The notes under the pieces were generated by a model, which was given only the letters and a program-made list of their open reading frames with translations, ran no database searches and was not told the origin of the DNA. This document shows positions 41,601 through 54,209 of a stretch of 64,000 bases of DNA, piece by piece (position 1 is the stretch's first letter; each line of letters begins with the position of its first letter). This stretch comes from the human T2T-CHM13v2.0 reference genome, Homo sapiens, in the NCBI RefSeq assembly GCF_009914755.1, contig NC_060943.1, one strand, 5' to 3'. The position numbers and the translations under genes are program-made.

Positions 41601-44600
41601 GGAGCACATTGAAGCCTATGTTGACATAGGAAATATCTTTGGATAAAAACTAGAAAGAAGCTTTTTGAGAAACTGTTTTGTGAATTGTGCATTTGACTCA
41701 CAGAGATCAAACTTTCTTTTACTGAGCAGTTTGGAAACACTGTTTTATCAAAATCTGTGAAGCAATATCAGGTAGTGTAAAAAAGCCTATGGTGAACAAG
41801 AAGACGTCTTCAGATGAAAACTGGAAAGAAGCGTTACAAGAAACTGCTTTCTGATGTGTGACCTCATCTCACAGAGTTAAGTCCTTCTTTTGATGGAACA
41901 GTTTGGAAACTCTGTATTTGTAGAATATGTGAAGGGATATTTGGGATCAAATTTAAGCCTATGGTGAAAAAGGAAATGTCTTCAGTTAAAAATTGGAAAG
42001 CAGTGTTATAAAAACTGGTTTCTCATGGGTGCATTCATCTAACAGAGTTAAGTCCTTCTTTTGATGGAATAATTTGGAAACACTGTTTTTGTAGAATCTG
42101 CAAAGGGGTATTTGGGAGCATATTGAGGCCTATGGTGGAAAAGGAAATATCTTCTGAGAAGAGCTAGACAGAAGCTTTCTCAGAAAATACTTTGTGATGT
42201 GTGAATTCATCTCATAGAGTTAAAACTTTTTTTTGATTAAGCAGTTTGGTAACACTGTTTTTGCAGAATCTACGAAGGGATTTTTGGGAGCACATTGAAG
42301 CCTATGGTGAAAAGGGAAACATCTTCAAATAAAAACTGGAAAGAAGCTTTTTCAGAAACTGTTTTGTGATGTGTGCATTCATCTCACAGAGATAAAACTT
42401 TCTTTATTTTATCAGTTTGGAAACACTGTTTTTGTAGTAACTGCAAAAACGAATTTGGGAGCCCAAGAGGCCTAAGGTGAAAAAGGAAATAACTTAAGAT
42501 GAAAACTAGAAAGAAGCTTTTTGAGAAAACAGTTTGTGATGTGTGCATTATTCTCAGAGTTAAACGTTTCTTTTGACTGAGCAGTTTGGAAACACTGTTT
42601 TTGTAGAATATGAGAAGGGATGTTTGGGAGTGCACTGAGGACTATGGTGAAGAAGAAAATATCTTCGGATAAAAACTAGAAAAAAGATATTTGAGAAACT
42701 GCTTTGTGATGTTTGCATTCAACTGACAGAATTAAAACTTTTTTTTGATTGATCTATTTGGAGACACAGTTTTTGTAGAATCTGTGGAGTGATATTTTGA
42801 AGAATCTGTGAAGGGATATTTGGGAGCACATAGAGAAGCCTATGGTGATAAAAAATATCTTTGGACATAAACTGGAAAGTTTTTTGAGAAACTTGTTTGT
42901 GATGTGTGCATTCGTTTCCCATAGTTAAACAATTCTTTTGACTGAGCAGTTTGGAAACACTGTTTTTGTGAAATCTGTGAATCAATATTTGGTAGCACAA
43001 GAAAGCCTATGATGAAAAGGGAAATATCTTTAGGCAAATATCCAGAAAGAAGCACAATGGGAAACTGCTTTCTGATGTGTGCATTCGTCTCAAAGAGTTA
43101 AATCCTTCTTTTGATGGAAGATTTCAGAAACACTGTTTATATAGAATCTATGAGGGAATATTTGGGAGTGCATTGAGGCCTGTGGTGGAAACGGAAATAT
43201 CTTCAGAGAATAACAAGACAGAAGCTTTCTGAGAAACTACTTTGTGATGTATGCATTCAATTCACAGAGTTAAACCTGTTTTTTCATTGAGCAGTTTGGA
43301 AACACTGTTTTTTTAGAATCTGTGATGGGATATTTGGGAATGCATTGAAGCCTATGGTGATGAAGGAAATATCATCAGATAAAAACGAGAAAGAAGCTTT
43401 TTGAGAAACTTCTTTTTGATGTATGCATTTGTCTCACAGAGTTAAACTTTTCTTTTGATTGGGCAGTTTGGAAACACTGTTTTTTTAGAATCTGTGAAAG
43501 GATGTTAGGTATCACAAAAAGGCCAATGGTGAAGAAGGAAATATCTTCAGATAAAAACTGGAAAGAAGCATTATGAGAAAATGCTTTCTGCTATGTGCAT
43601 TCATCTCACAGATTTAAATCCTTCTTTCACAAGGACAGTTAGGAAACACTGTGTTTGTAGAATCTGCAAAGGGATATTTTGAAGTGCAGTGAGGCCTAAT
43701 GTGGAAAAGAAAGTATCTTCAGAGACGAATTAGACAGAAGTTATCTCAGAAACTACTTTGTGATGTATGATTTCCTCTCACAGAGTTAAACTTTTCTTTT
43801 GATTGATCAGTTTGGAAACACTGTTTTTGTAGAATCTGTGAAGCTATATTTGGGAGCACCTTCAAACCTATGGTGATAAATCAAATATCTTCGGATAAAC
43901 ACTAGAAAAAAGTTATTGAGAAATTGCTTTGTGATGTGAGCATTCATCTTGCAGCTTTAAACATTTCTTTTGACTGAGCAGTTTGGAAACACCTTTTTTG
44001 CAAAATCTGTGAAGTGAATTTAGGTAGTGCAGAAAAGCCTATGGAGAAAAAGAAAGTATCTTCAGATAAAAAGTGAAAAGAAACGTTATGAGAAACTGCT
44101 TTCTGATGTGTAGGATAATCTCAAAGAGTTAAACTTTTCTTTTGATTCAGCAGTTTGGAAACATGGTTTTTGTAGAATCTGTGAAGGGATATTTGGCAGC
44201 ACATGGGAACATATGGTGAAAAAGGAAATATCTTTGGATAATAATGAGAAAGAAGTTTTTGAGAAACTGACTTGTGATATATACAATCATCTAACAGAGT
44301 TAAACTTTTCTTTGATTGATCAGTTTGGAGACACTATTTTTGTAGAATATGCGATGTGACATTGGAGGCCTATGTTGAAAAAGGAAATAACTTCAGATAA
44401 AAACCAGAAAGAAGCTTTCTGAGAAACTGCTTAGTGATGTGTGCATTCTCCTCACAGAGTTAAACGTTTCTTTTATTGAGCAGTTTGGAAACACTGTTTT
44501 TGTAGAATGTGCAAAGGGATATTTGGGAGCACACTGATGCCTATGGTGAAAAAGGAAACATCTTTGGATAAAAACTAGACAGAAGGTTTTTGAGAAACTT

Positions 44601-46838
44601 CTTTGAGATTTGTGCATTTAGCTCACAGAGTTAAACTTTTCTATAGACTGAGCAGTTTGGAACCACTGTGTTTGTGTAATCTGTGAAGCGATGTTTGGTA
44701 GCTCAAAAACACCTATGGTGAACAAGGAAATATCTTCAGATAAAAACTGGAAAAAAACATGATAAGAAAGTGCTTTCTTATGTATGCATTCATCTCACAG
44801 AGTTATATCCTTCTTTTGATGGAACAGTTTAGAAACAATGTTTTTTATAGAATCTGCAAAGGGTTATTTAGGAGTGTACTGTGTTCTGTGGTGGAAAAGG
44901 AAATATCTTTGGAGAAGAACTAGAAAGACGCTTTTTGAGAAACTGCTTTGTGATATGTGCATTCACCTCACAGCGGTAAACTTGTTTTTGATTGAGCAGT
45001 TTCAAAACTCTGTTTTTGTAGAATCTGCAAATGGATATTTGGGAGCACATTGAGGCCTAAGGTGATAAACGAAATATCTTAGGATAAAAACTAGAAAGAA
45101 GCTTTCTAAGAAACTGATTTGGGATGTGGACTTTCATCTCACAGATTTAAACCTTTCTTTTAACTGAGCAGTTTGGAAACGCTGTTTTTGCAAAATTTGT
45201 GAAGTGATATTAGGTAGTGCAAAAAAGCCTTTGGTGAAAAAGGAAATAAATTCAAATAAAAACTGGAAAGAAGCATTAGGAGAAACTGCTTTCTGATGTG
45301 TGCATTCAGCTCACAGAGTTAAGTTCTTTTTTTGATGGAATAGTTTGGAAACGTTGTTTTTGTAGAATATATGAAGGGATATTTGGGAGCACTTTGAGGC
45401 CTCTGGTGTAAAAGGAAAAATCTTCAGAGAAGAACTAGACAGAAGCTATCTGAGAAACTGCTTTGTGATATGTGCATTCATCTAACAAAGTTAAACCATT
45501 CTTTTGATTGAGCAGTTCGGAAACACTGTTTTTGTAGAATCTGCGACAGGATATTTGGGAGAGCATGGAAGCCTATGGTGATCAAGGAAATATGTTCATA
45601 TAAAAACGAGAAAGAAACATTTTGAGAAACTGCTGTGTGATGTGTGCATTCATCTCACAGATTTAAACCTTTCTTTTGATTGAGCAGTTTGGAAACACTG
45701 TTTTTACGAAATCTGCAAAGGGATATTTGGGAGCACACTGATGCCTATGGTGGAAAAGGAAATATCTTTGTATAAAAACTAGAAACTTTTTGAGAAACTG
45801 CTTTGTGATGTATGTATTCATCTCACAGAGGTAAACTTTTCTTTTGAATGAGCAGTTTGAAAACACTGGTTTTGTAGAATCTGCAAAGAGATAGTGGAGT
45901 GCATTGAGGCCTGTGGTGGAAAAGGAAATATCTTCAGAGAAGAACTAGAAAGAAGCTTTCTGAGAAACTGCTTCATGATGTGTGCATTCATCTCACAGAG
46001 CTAAAGTTTCTTTTGGCTGAGCAGTTTGGAAACACTGTTTCTGAAAAATCTGCAAAGGGATATTTGGGAGCACACTGATGCCTATTGTGGAAAATGAAAT
46101 ATCTTTGTACAAAAACTAGAAAGAAACTTTTTGAGAAACTGCTTTGTGATGTATGTATTCATCTCACAGAGGTAAACTTTTCTTTTGACTGAGCAGTTTG
46201 GAAACATTGTTTTTCTATAATCTGCAAAGGGATATTTGGGAGCACATTGAGGCCTATGGTGGAAAAGGAAATATCTTCATAGAAGAACTAGACAGAAGCT
46301 TTCTGAGAAACTGCTTTGTGATGTGTGCATTCATCTCACAGAGCTAAAGCTTTCTTTTGATGGAGCAGTTTGGAAACAATGTTTTTGCAAAATCTGCAAA
46401 GGGATATTAGGGAGCACACTGAAGCCTATGGTGAAAAATGAAATATCTTTGGATAAAAACTAGAAAGAAACTTTTTGAGAAACTGCTTTGTGATGTATGT
46501 ATTCTTCTCACAGAGGTAAACTTTTCTTTTGACTGAGCAGTTTGGAAACACTGTTTTTCTATAATCTGCAAAGGGATATTTGGGAGCACATTGAGGCCTA
46601 TGGTGGAAAAGGAAATATCTTCAGAGAAGAACTAGACAGAAGCTTTCTGAGAAACTGCTTTGTGATGTGTGCATTCATCTCACAGAGCTAAAGCTTTCTT
46701 TTGATTGAGCAGTTTGGAAACACTGTTTTTGTAGAATCTGTGAAGGGATATTTGGGAGGTAATTGAAGCCTGTGGTGAAAAAGGAAATATCTTCAGATAA
46801 AAAGTAAAAAGAAGCTCTTTGAGAAACTGCTTTGTGAT
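32683..46838 (+). repeat. Monomeric alpha satellite, old ~172-bp layer, with a trimer-based subdomain from ~35200
   Basis: Same GGGATATTTGGGA-type monomers, with recurring diagnostic variants (GTGAACAAGG, GAAGAACTAGACAGAAGCTATCT) after ~35200. Confidence 0.97.
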
Positions 46839-47664
46839 TATCAGGTGAAATTCACCCCTGATATGTCACGTAGGTTCTTTTCTATTTTCCCTAAATGTCA
46901 GCCCATCTGAGAAATAAAGGGACGGAGTGCAAGAGAGAAATTTGAAAGCTTGGTGTCCGGGGTAGACATCACATTGCTGCAGGTTCTGTGATGGGCCACA
47001 AGCCACAAAGCCAGCAAGTTTTTACTAGTGATTTTCAAAAGGGGAAGGAGTATACGGTAGGGTGTGGATCACAGAGATCTCAGGCTTCACAAAGTAATAA
47101 GATATCACAAGGTAAAAGGAGGTGGGGCAAGATTACAGGACACAGGACTGGAGTGAATTTAAAATTGCTAATGAAGTTTCTGGCTTGCATTGTCATTGAT
47201 ATCATCTTATCATAAACAGGGTTTGAGAGCAGAAAACTGGTCTGACCAAAATTTATTAGGCGGGAATTTTCTCCTCCTAATAAGCCTGGGAGAGCTACAG
47301 GAGACTGGGGCTCATTTCATCTCTACAGCTGTGACCATAAAAGACAGCCACCCCCAAAGCAGCCATTTCAGATGCCTACCCTCAGGGATGCATTATCTTT
47401 CTCTGGGATGTTTCTTGCTGAGAAAAAGAATTCAGAGATACTTCTCCCATTTGCTTTGAAAGAAGAGAAATATGGCTCTGTTCCACCAGGCTCACCAGGA
47501 GTCTGAGTTTAAGGTTATCTATCTTCTTCCCTGAACATTGCTGCCACCCTGTTCTTTTTCCAAGGTACCCAGATTTCATAGTGTTCAAACACACATGCTC
47601 TACACACAATTTGTGCAGCTAATGCAATCATCACAGGATCCTGAGGTGACATATATCCTCCTCA
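46839..47664 (-). mobile_element. MER11-family LTR, 5'-truncated (first ~250 bp missing)
   Basis: The reverse complement is colinear with 31828-32660. The intact 3' end (TTTCACCTGATA) abuts satellite at 46839. Homology stops at ATCCTCCTCA (47664), and no matching TSD is present on the right. Confidence 0.9.
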
Positions 47665-47786
47665 CTCTCTAGTGAGATGAACCCAGTACCACAGATGGAA
47701 ATGCAGAAATCACCTGTCTTCTGCGTCGCTCATGCTGGGAGCTGTAGACCAGAGCTGTTCCTATTTGGCCATCTTGGCTCCTCCCC
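47663..47786 (-). mobile_element. L1PA 5'UTR fragment (first ~124 nt only)
   Basis: The reverse complement GGGGAGGAGCCAAGATGGCCAAATAGGAACAGCTCTGGTCTACAGCTCCCAGC...CTCACTAGAGAGTG matches the 5' end of the L1 starting at 54210. Confidence 0.95.
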
Positions 47787-50700
47787 TGAACCTTTCTTTT
47801 GATTCAGCTGTTTGGAAACACTCTTTTTGTAGATTCCACAAGTGGATATTTGGAGCGCTTTGAGGCCTATTGTGGAAAAGGAAATATCTTCACATAAAAA
47901 CTACATGGAACATCCTGAGAAACTGCTTTGTGATGTGTGCATTCATCTCACAGAGTTGAAAATTTCTTTTCATTGAGCAGTTTTGAAACACTTTTTCTGT
48001 AGAATCTGCAAGGGGATATTTGGTGCCATTTTAGGCCTATTGTGGATAAGGAAACATCTTCACATAAAAACTGCACAGATGCATTCTGAGAAACTTCTTT
48101 GTGATGTGTGCATTAATGTCTTAGAGTTGAAGCTTTCTTTTCATTGAGCAGTTTGGAAACACTCTTTTTGAAGGATCTGCAAGTGGATATTTGGAACGCT
48201 TTGAGGCCTATGGTGGAAAAGGAAATATCTTCACATAAAAACTACACTGAAGCATTCTGAGAAACTTCTTTGTGTCGAGTGCATTCAACTCACAGAGTTG
48301 GAACTATATTTTGATAGAGCAGTTTTGAAACTCTCTTTTTGTAGAATCTGTACGTGGGTATGTGGAGTTGTTTGTGGCTAATGGTGGAAAAGGAAATATC
48401 TTCTCATAAAAACTACACAGAAGCTTTCTGAGAAACTTCTTTGTGATGTGTGCATTCATCTCACAGGGTTGAAACTTTCTTTTGATTGAGCTGTTTTGAA
48501 ACACTCTTTTTGTAGAATATGCAGGTGGATATTTGGAGCACTTTGAGGCATATTGTGGAAAAGGAAATATCTTCACATACAAAGTACGTGGAAGTATTCT
48601 GAGAAACTTCTTTGTGATGTGTGCCTTCATCTCACAGAGTTGAACATTTCTCTGAGCTGTTTGGAAACACTCTTTTTGAAGAATGTGCAAGTGGACATTT
48701 GGATCACTTTGAGGCCTATGGTGGAAAAGGAAATATCTTAAAATAAAAATTACAAAGAAGTGTTCTGTGAAACTTCTTTATGATGTGTGCATTAAACTCA
48801 CAGTGTTGAACCTATCTTTTGAGTGAGCAGTTTGGAAACACTCTTTTTGTAGAATCTGCAAGTGGATATTTGGAGCGCTTTGGGGTCTATTGTGGAAAAG
48901 GAAATATCTTCACATAAAAACTGCACAGAAGCATTCTGAGAAACTGCTTTGTGATGTGTGCATTAATCTCACAGAGTTGAACATTTCCTTTGATGGAGCA
49001 GTTTTGAAACACTCTTTTTGTAGAATCTGTAAGGGGATATTTGGAGTGCTTTTAGGCCTAATGTGTATAAGGAAATATCTTCACATAAAAGATACACACA
49101 TGCTTTTTGAGAAACTTCTTTGTGATGTGTGCATTAGTCTCACAGAGTTGAGGCTTTCTTTTGATTGAGCAGTTTGGAAACACTCTTTTTGTGGGATCTG
49201 CAAGTGGATATTTGGAACACTTTGAGGCCTATGATGGAAAAGGAAATATCTTCACATAAAAACTACACAGAAGCATTCTGAGAAACTACTTTGTGATGTG
49301 TGCATTCAACTCACAGAGTTGAACCTATCTTTTGATGGAGCAGTTTTGAAACTCTCTTTTTGTAGAATCTGCAAGTGGGTATTTGGAGCCTTTCTGGCCA
49401 AAGGTGGAAAAGGAAATATGTTCACATAAAAACTACACAGAAGCCCTCTGAGAAACTTCTTTGTGATGTGTGAATTCATCTGCCAGAGTTGACCCTTTCT
49501 GTTGAATGAGCTGTTATGAACCACTTTTTTTTTGTAGAATATGCAGGTGGATATTTGGAACATTTTGAGGCCTAAGGTGGTAAAGGAAATATATACAAAT
49601 AAAAACTATACAGAAGAATTCTGAGAATCTTCTTTTTGATGTGTGCATTCAATTCACAGGGTTGAACCTATCTTTTGATGGAGCAGTTTTGAAACTCACT
49701 TTTTGTACAATCTGCAAGTGAATATTTGCAGCACTTTGAGGCCTATGGTGGAAAGAGAAATATCTTCACATAAAAACTACACAGAAGCATTCTGTGAAAC
49801 TTCTTTGTGATGTGTGCATTCATCTGACAGAGTTGAACTTTTCTTTTGATTGAGCAGTTTGGAAGCACTCTTTTTGTAGAATCTGCAAGTGGATATTTGG
49901 AGTCCTTTGAGGCCTATTGTGGAAAAAAAATCTTCACATAAAATCTACACGGAAGCATTCTGAGAAACTGCTTTGTGATGTATGCATTCATCTCAGAGAG
50001 TTGAGCATTATTTGGATTTAGCAGTTTTGAAACACTCCTTTTGTAGTATCTGCAAGTGGATATTTGGATCTCTTTGAGGACTAAGTTTGAAATGGAAATA
50101 TCTCCACATAAAAACCACACAGAAGCATTATGAGAAAATAATTTGCAATGTGTGCATTCATCTAACAGAGTTGAACATTTCTTTTGATTGAGCAGTTTTG
50201 AAACACTCTTTTAGTAGCAACTGCAAGTGGATATTTGGAGTGCTTTGAGGACTATTGTGGAAAAGGAAATATCTTCACATAAAAACTACACAGAAGCATC
50301 CTGAGAAAGAACTTTGCAATGTGTGCATTCATCTCAAAGTGTTGAAACATTCTTTTGATTGAGCAGTTTGGAAAAACTCTTTTTGTAGGATCTGCATATG
50401 GATATTTGGAACGTTTTGAGGCATAAGGTGGAAAAGGAAATATCTTCAAATAAAAACTACACAGAAGAATTCCGAGAAACTTCTTTGTGATATGTGCGTT
50501 CATCTCACAGAGTTGAACCCTTGTTTTGATTGAGCAGTTTTGAAACAATCTCTATGTAGAATCTGCAGGTGTATATTTGGACTGCTCTGAGGCCTGTTGT
50601 GGAAAAGGAAGTATCTTCACATAAAAACTACATAGAAATATTCTAAGAAACTTCTTTGTGTTGTGTGCACTCATCTCACAGAGTTCAGTCTTTCTTTTGA

Positions 50701-53700
50701 TTGAGCTGTTTTGAAACACTCTTGTTGTAGAATGTACAGGTGGAAATTTGGATCGCTCTGAGGTGTATTGTGGAAAAGGAAATATCTTCACATAAAAACT
50801 ACATAGAAACATTTTGAGAAACTTCTTTTCAATGTGTGCATTCATCACACAGAGTTGAATTTCTTTTGATTGAGCAGTTTGGAAACACTCTTTTTGAAGG
50901 ATATGCAAGTGGATATTTGGATCACTTTGAGGCCTATGGTGGAAAAGGAAATAACTTCACATAAAATCTACACAGAAGCGTTCTGAGAAACTACTTTGTG
51001 GTGTGTGCACTCATCTCACAGAGTTGAACCTTTCTTTTGATTGAGCACTTTTGAACACACTTTTTGTAGAATCTGCAAGTGGATATTTAGAATTCTTTGT
51101 GGACTATTGTGGAAAAGGAAATATCTTCACTTAAAAACTACACAGAATACTGAGAAACTTATTTGTGATGTGTGCATTCATCTCAAAGTATTGAAGATTT
51201 CTTTTGATTGAGCAGTTTGGAAAATTCTTTTTGAAGAATCTGAAAGTGGATATCTGGAGCCATTTGAGGCCTAAGGTGGAAAAGGAAATATCTTCACACA
51301 ACCACTACACAGAAGCATTCTGGGAAAGTTCTTTCTGAAGTGTGCATTCATCTCACAGGTTTGAACGTTTCTTTTGATTGTGTAGTTTTGAAACACTCTT
51401 TTCTAGAATCTGCAGGTGGATTTTCTGACTGCTTTGAGGCTTATTGTAGAAAAGGAAATATCTTCATATAAAGACTATACAGAAGCATTCTGATAAACTT
51501 CTTTGTGATGTGTGTGTTCATCTCACATTGTTTAACCTTTCTTTTGATTGAGCAGTTTTGAAACACGTTTTTGCAGATTCTGCAAGTGGATATTTGGAGT
51601 GCATTGAGGCCTATTGTGGAAAAGGAAATATCTTCACACAAAAACTACACAGAAGCATTCAGAGAAACTTCTTTGTGATGAGTGCATTCAACTCACAGAG
51701 TTGAAAATCTCTTTTGATTGAGGAATTTTGAAACTCTCTTTTTGTCGAATCTGCAAGTGGATATTTGGAGCACTTTGAGGTCTATGGTTGAAAAGGAAAT
51801 ATCTTCACATAAAAACTACACAGAAGAATTCTAATGAACTTCTATGTGATGTGTTCATTCAACTCACAGAGTTCAACCTATCTGTTGATAGAGCTGTTTA
51901 CGAACTCTCTTTTTGTAGAATATAAAATGGATATTTTGAGTGCTTTGCAGCCTATAGTGGAAAAGGAAATATCTTCACATAAAAATTACACAGAAACATT
52001 CTGAGAAACATCTTCGTGATGTATGCATTGATCTCACAGAGTTGAACATTTCCTTTAATTCAGCAGTTTTGAAACACTCTTTTTGTAGAATCTACATGTG
52101 GATATTTGGAGAGCTGTGAGGGCTATTGAGAAAAGGAAATATCTTCACATAAAAACTACACAGAAGGATTCTGAGAAACCTCTTTGCGATGTGTGCATTC
52201 ATCTCACAGAGGTGAACATTTCTTTTGATAGAGTAACTTTGAAACATTCTTTTTTGAATAATCTGCAAGTAGATATTTGGTGCGCTTTGAGCCCTATTGT
52301 GGAAAAGGAAATATCTTCACACAAAAACTACAAAGAAGCATTCTTAGAAAGTAATTGGTGATGCGTGCATTCAACTCACAGAGGTGAAACTATCCTTTGA
52401 TTGAGCAGTTTTGAATCTCACTTTTTGGAATATCTGCAAGTGGATGTTTGGAGCCCTTGGTGGCCTATGATGGAAAAGGAAATATCTTCACACAAAAACT
52501 ACACAGAAGTATTCTGATAAATTTCTTTGTGATGTGTGCATTATTCTAACAGAGTTGAAACTTTGTTTGAGCAGTTTTGAGACAATCTTTTTGTAGAATC
52601 TGCAGGTGGATATTTGGAGTGCTTTGAGGTCTATTGTGGAAAAGGAAATATCTTCACATAAAAGCTACACAGAAGCATTCTGAGAAACTCCTTTGTGAAG
52701 TGTACTTTCACTTCAGAGAGCTGAAGCTTTCTTTTGATTGTGCAGTTTTGAAACTCTCTTTTTGTAGAATCAGCAAGTGGATATTTGGAGCCATTTGCAG
52801 CCTACGGTGGAAAACAAAATATCTCCACATAAAAACTACACAAAAAAATACAGAGAAAGTTCTTTGTGATGTGTGTATTCATCTAACAGAGTTGAAAGTT
52901 TCTTTTGATTGAGCAGTTTGGAAACACTCTTTTTGTAGAATCTGCAAGTGGATATTTGGAGCGCTTTGAGGCATATTTTGGAAAAGGAAATATCTTCACA
53001 TAAAAACTACCCAGAAGCTTTCTGAGAGCCATCTTTGTGATGTGTGCATTCATTTCACAGAATTGAACCGTTCTTTTGATTGAGCAGTTTTGAAACACTC
53101 TTTTTGTAGAATCTGCAAGTGGATATTTGGAGCACCTTGCGGCCTATGGTGCAAAAGGAAATATTTTCACATAAAAACTACACAGAAGTATTCTGAGAAA
53201 CTTCTCTGTGATGTGTGCATTCATCTCAGAGAGTTGATACTTTCTTTTGATTTAGCAGTTTGAAACACTCTTTTTGTAGAATTTGCAAGTGGATATTTGG
53301 AGCGCTTTGTGGCCTATTGTGGAAAGGGAAAAATTTTCACATAAAAAGTGCACAGAAGCATTCTGAGGAACTTCTTTTTGATCTGTGCATTCATCTGAAA
53401 GAGTTGAACCTTTCTTTTGATTGAGCAGTTTTGAAACACTCTTTTTGTAGAATCTGCATGGGGATATATGGAGCACTTTGACCTACTGTGGAAAAGGAAA
53501 TATCTTCACATAAAAACTACACAGAAGCATTCTGAGAAACATCTTTGGGATGTGTACATTCAACTCACAGAGTTAAACCTATCTTTTGATAGAGCAGAAA
53601 CTCTCTTTTTGTAGAATCTGCAAGTGGACTTTTGGAGCCTTTGGGGCCAATGGTGGAAAAGGAAATATCTTCACATAAAAACTACACAAAATCATTCTGA

Positions 53701-54209
53701 GAAACTTCTTTGCAAAGTGTGCATTCATCTCAGGGAATTGAATGTTTCTTTTGATTGAGCAGTTTGTAAACACTCTTTTTGTAGAATCTACAAATGTATA
53801 TTTGGAGCGCTTTGAGGCCTATTGTAGAAAGGGAAATATCTTCACATAAAAACTACACAGAATTATTCTGAGAAGCTTCTTTGTGATGTGTGCATTCATC
53901 TCACAGAGTTGAAAGTTTCCTTTGATTGAGCAGTTTGGAAACACTGTTTTCGTAGAACCTGCAAGTGGATATTTGGAGGGCCTTGAGGCGTATTGTGGAA
54001 AAGGAAATATCTTCACCTAAAAACTACACAGAAGCATTCTGAGAAACTTCTTTTTGATGTGTGCATTCATATCAGAGAGGTGAAACTTTCTTTGATTGAG
54101 CAGTTTTGAAACTCTCTTTTTGTAGAATCTGCAAGTGGATATTTGGAACGCTTTGAGGCATATTGTAAAAGGAAATATCTTCACATAAAAACAACAAAAA
54201 ATCATTCTG
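47787..54209 (+). repeat. Monomeric alpha satellite, younger 171-bp layer (SF4/M1-like)
   Basis: Consensus shifts to AAAACTACACAGAAGCATTCTGAGAAACTTCTTTG...GTTGAAC...GTTTTGAAACACTCTTTT...CAAGTGGATATTTGGAGC...GTGGAAAAGGAAATATCTTCACAT, which counts to 171 bp. The suprachromosomal family label is from memory and is less certain than the satellite call. Confidence 0.93.

Noticed and set aside
27303-42830. Scattered 14-24-bp micro-duplications (~27303, ~37830, ~42780) and small deletions
   Set aside because: Ordinary slippage and decay in old satellite.
31575-47664. The two MER11 copies as paired LTRs of one provirus
   Set aside because: They are in opposite orientation with different 3' ends, the first has its own TSD, and only satellite lies between them.
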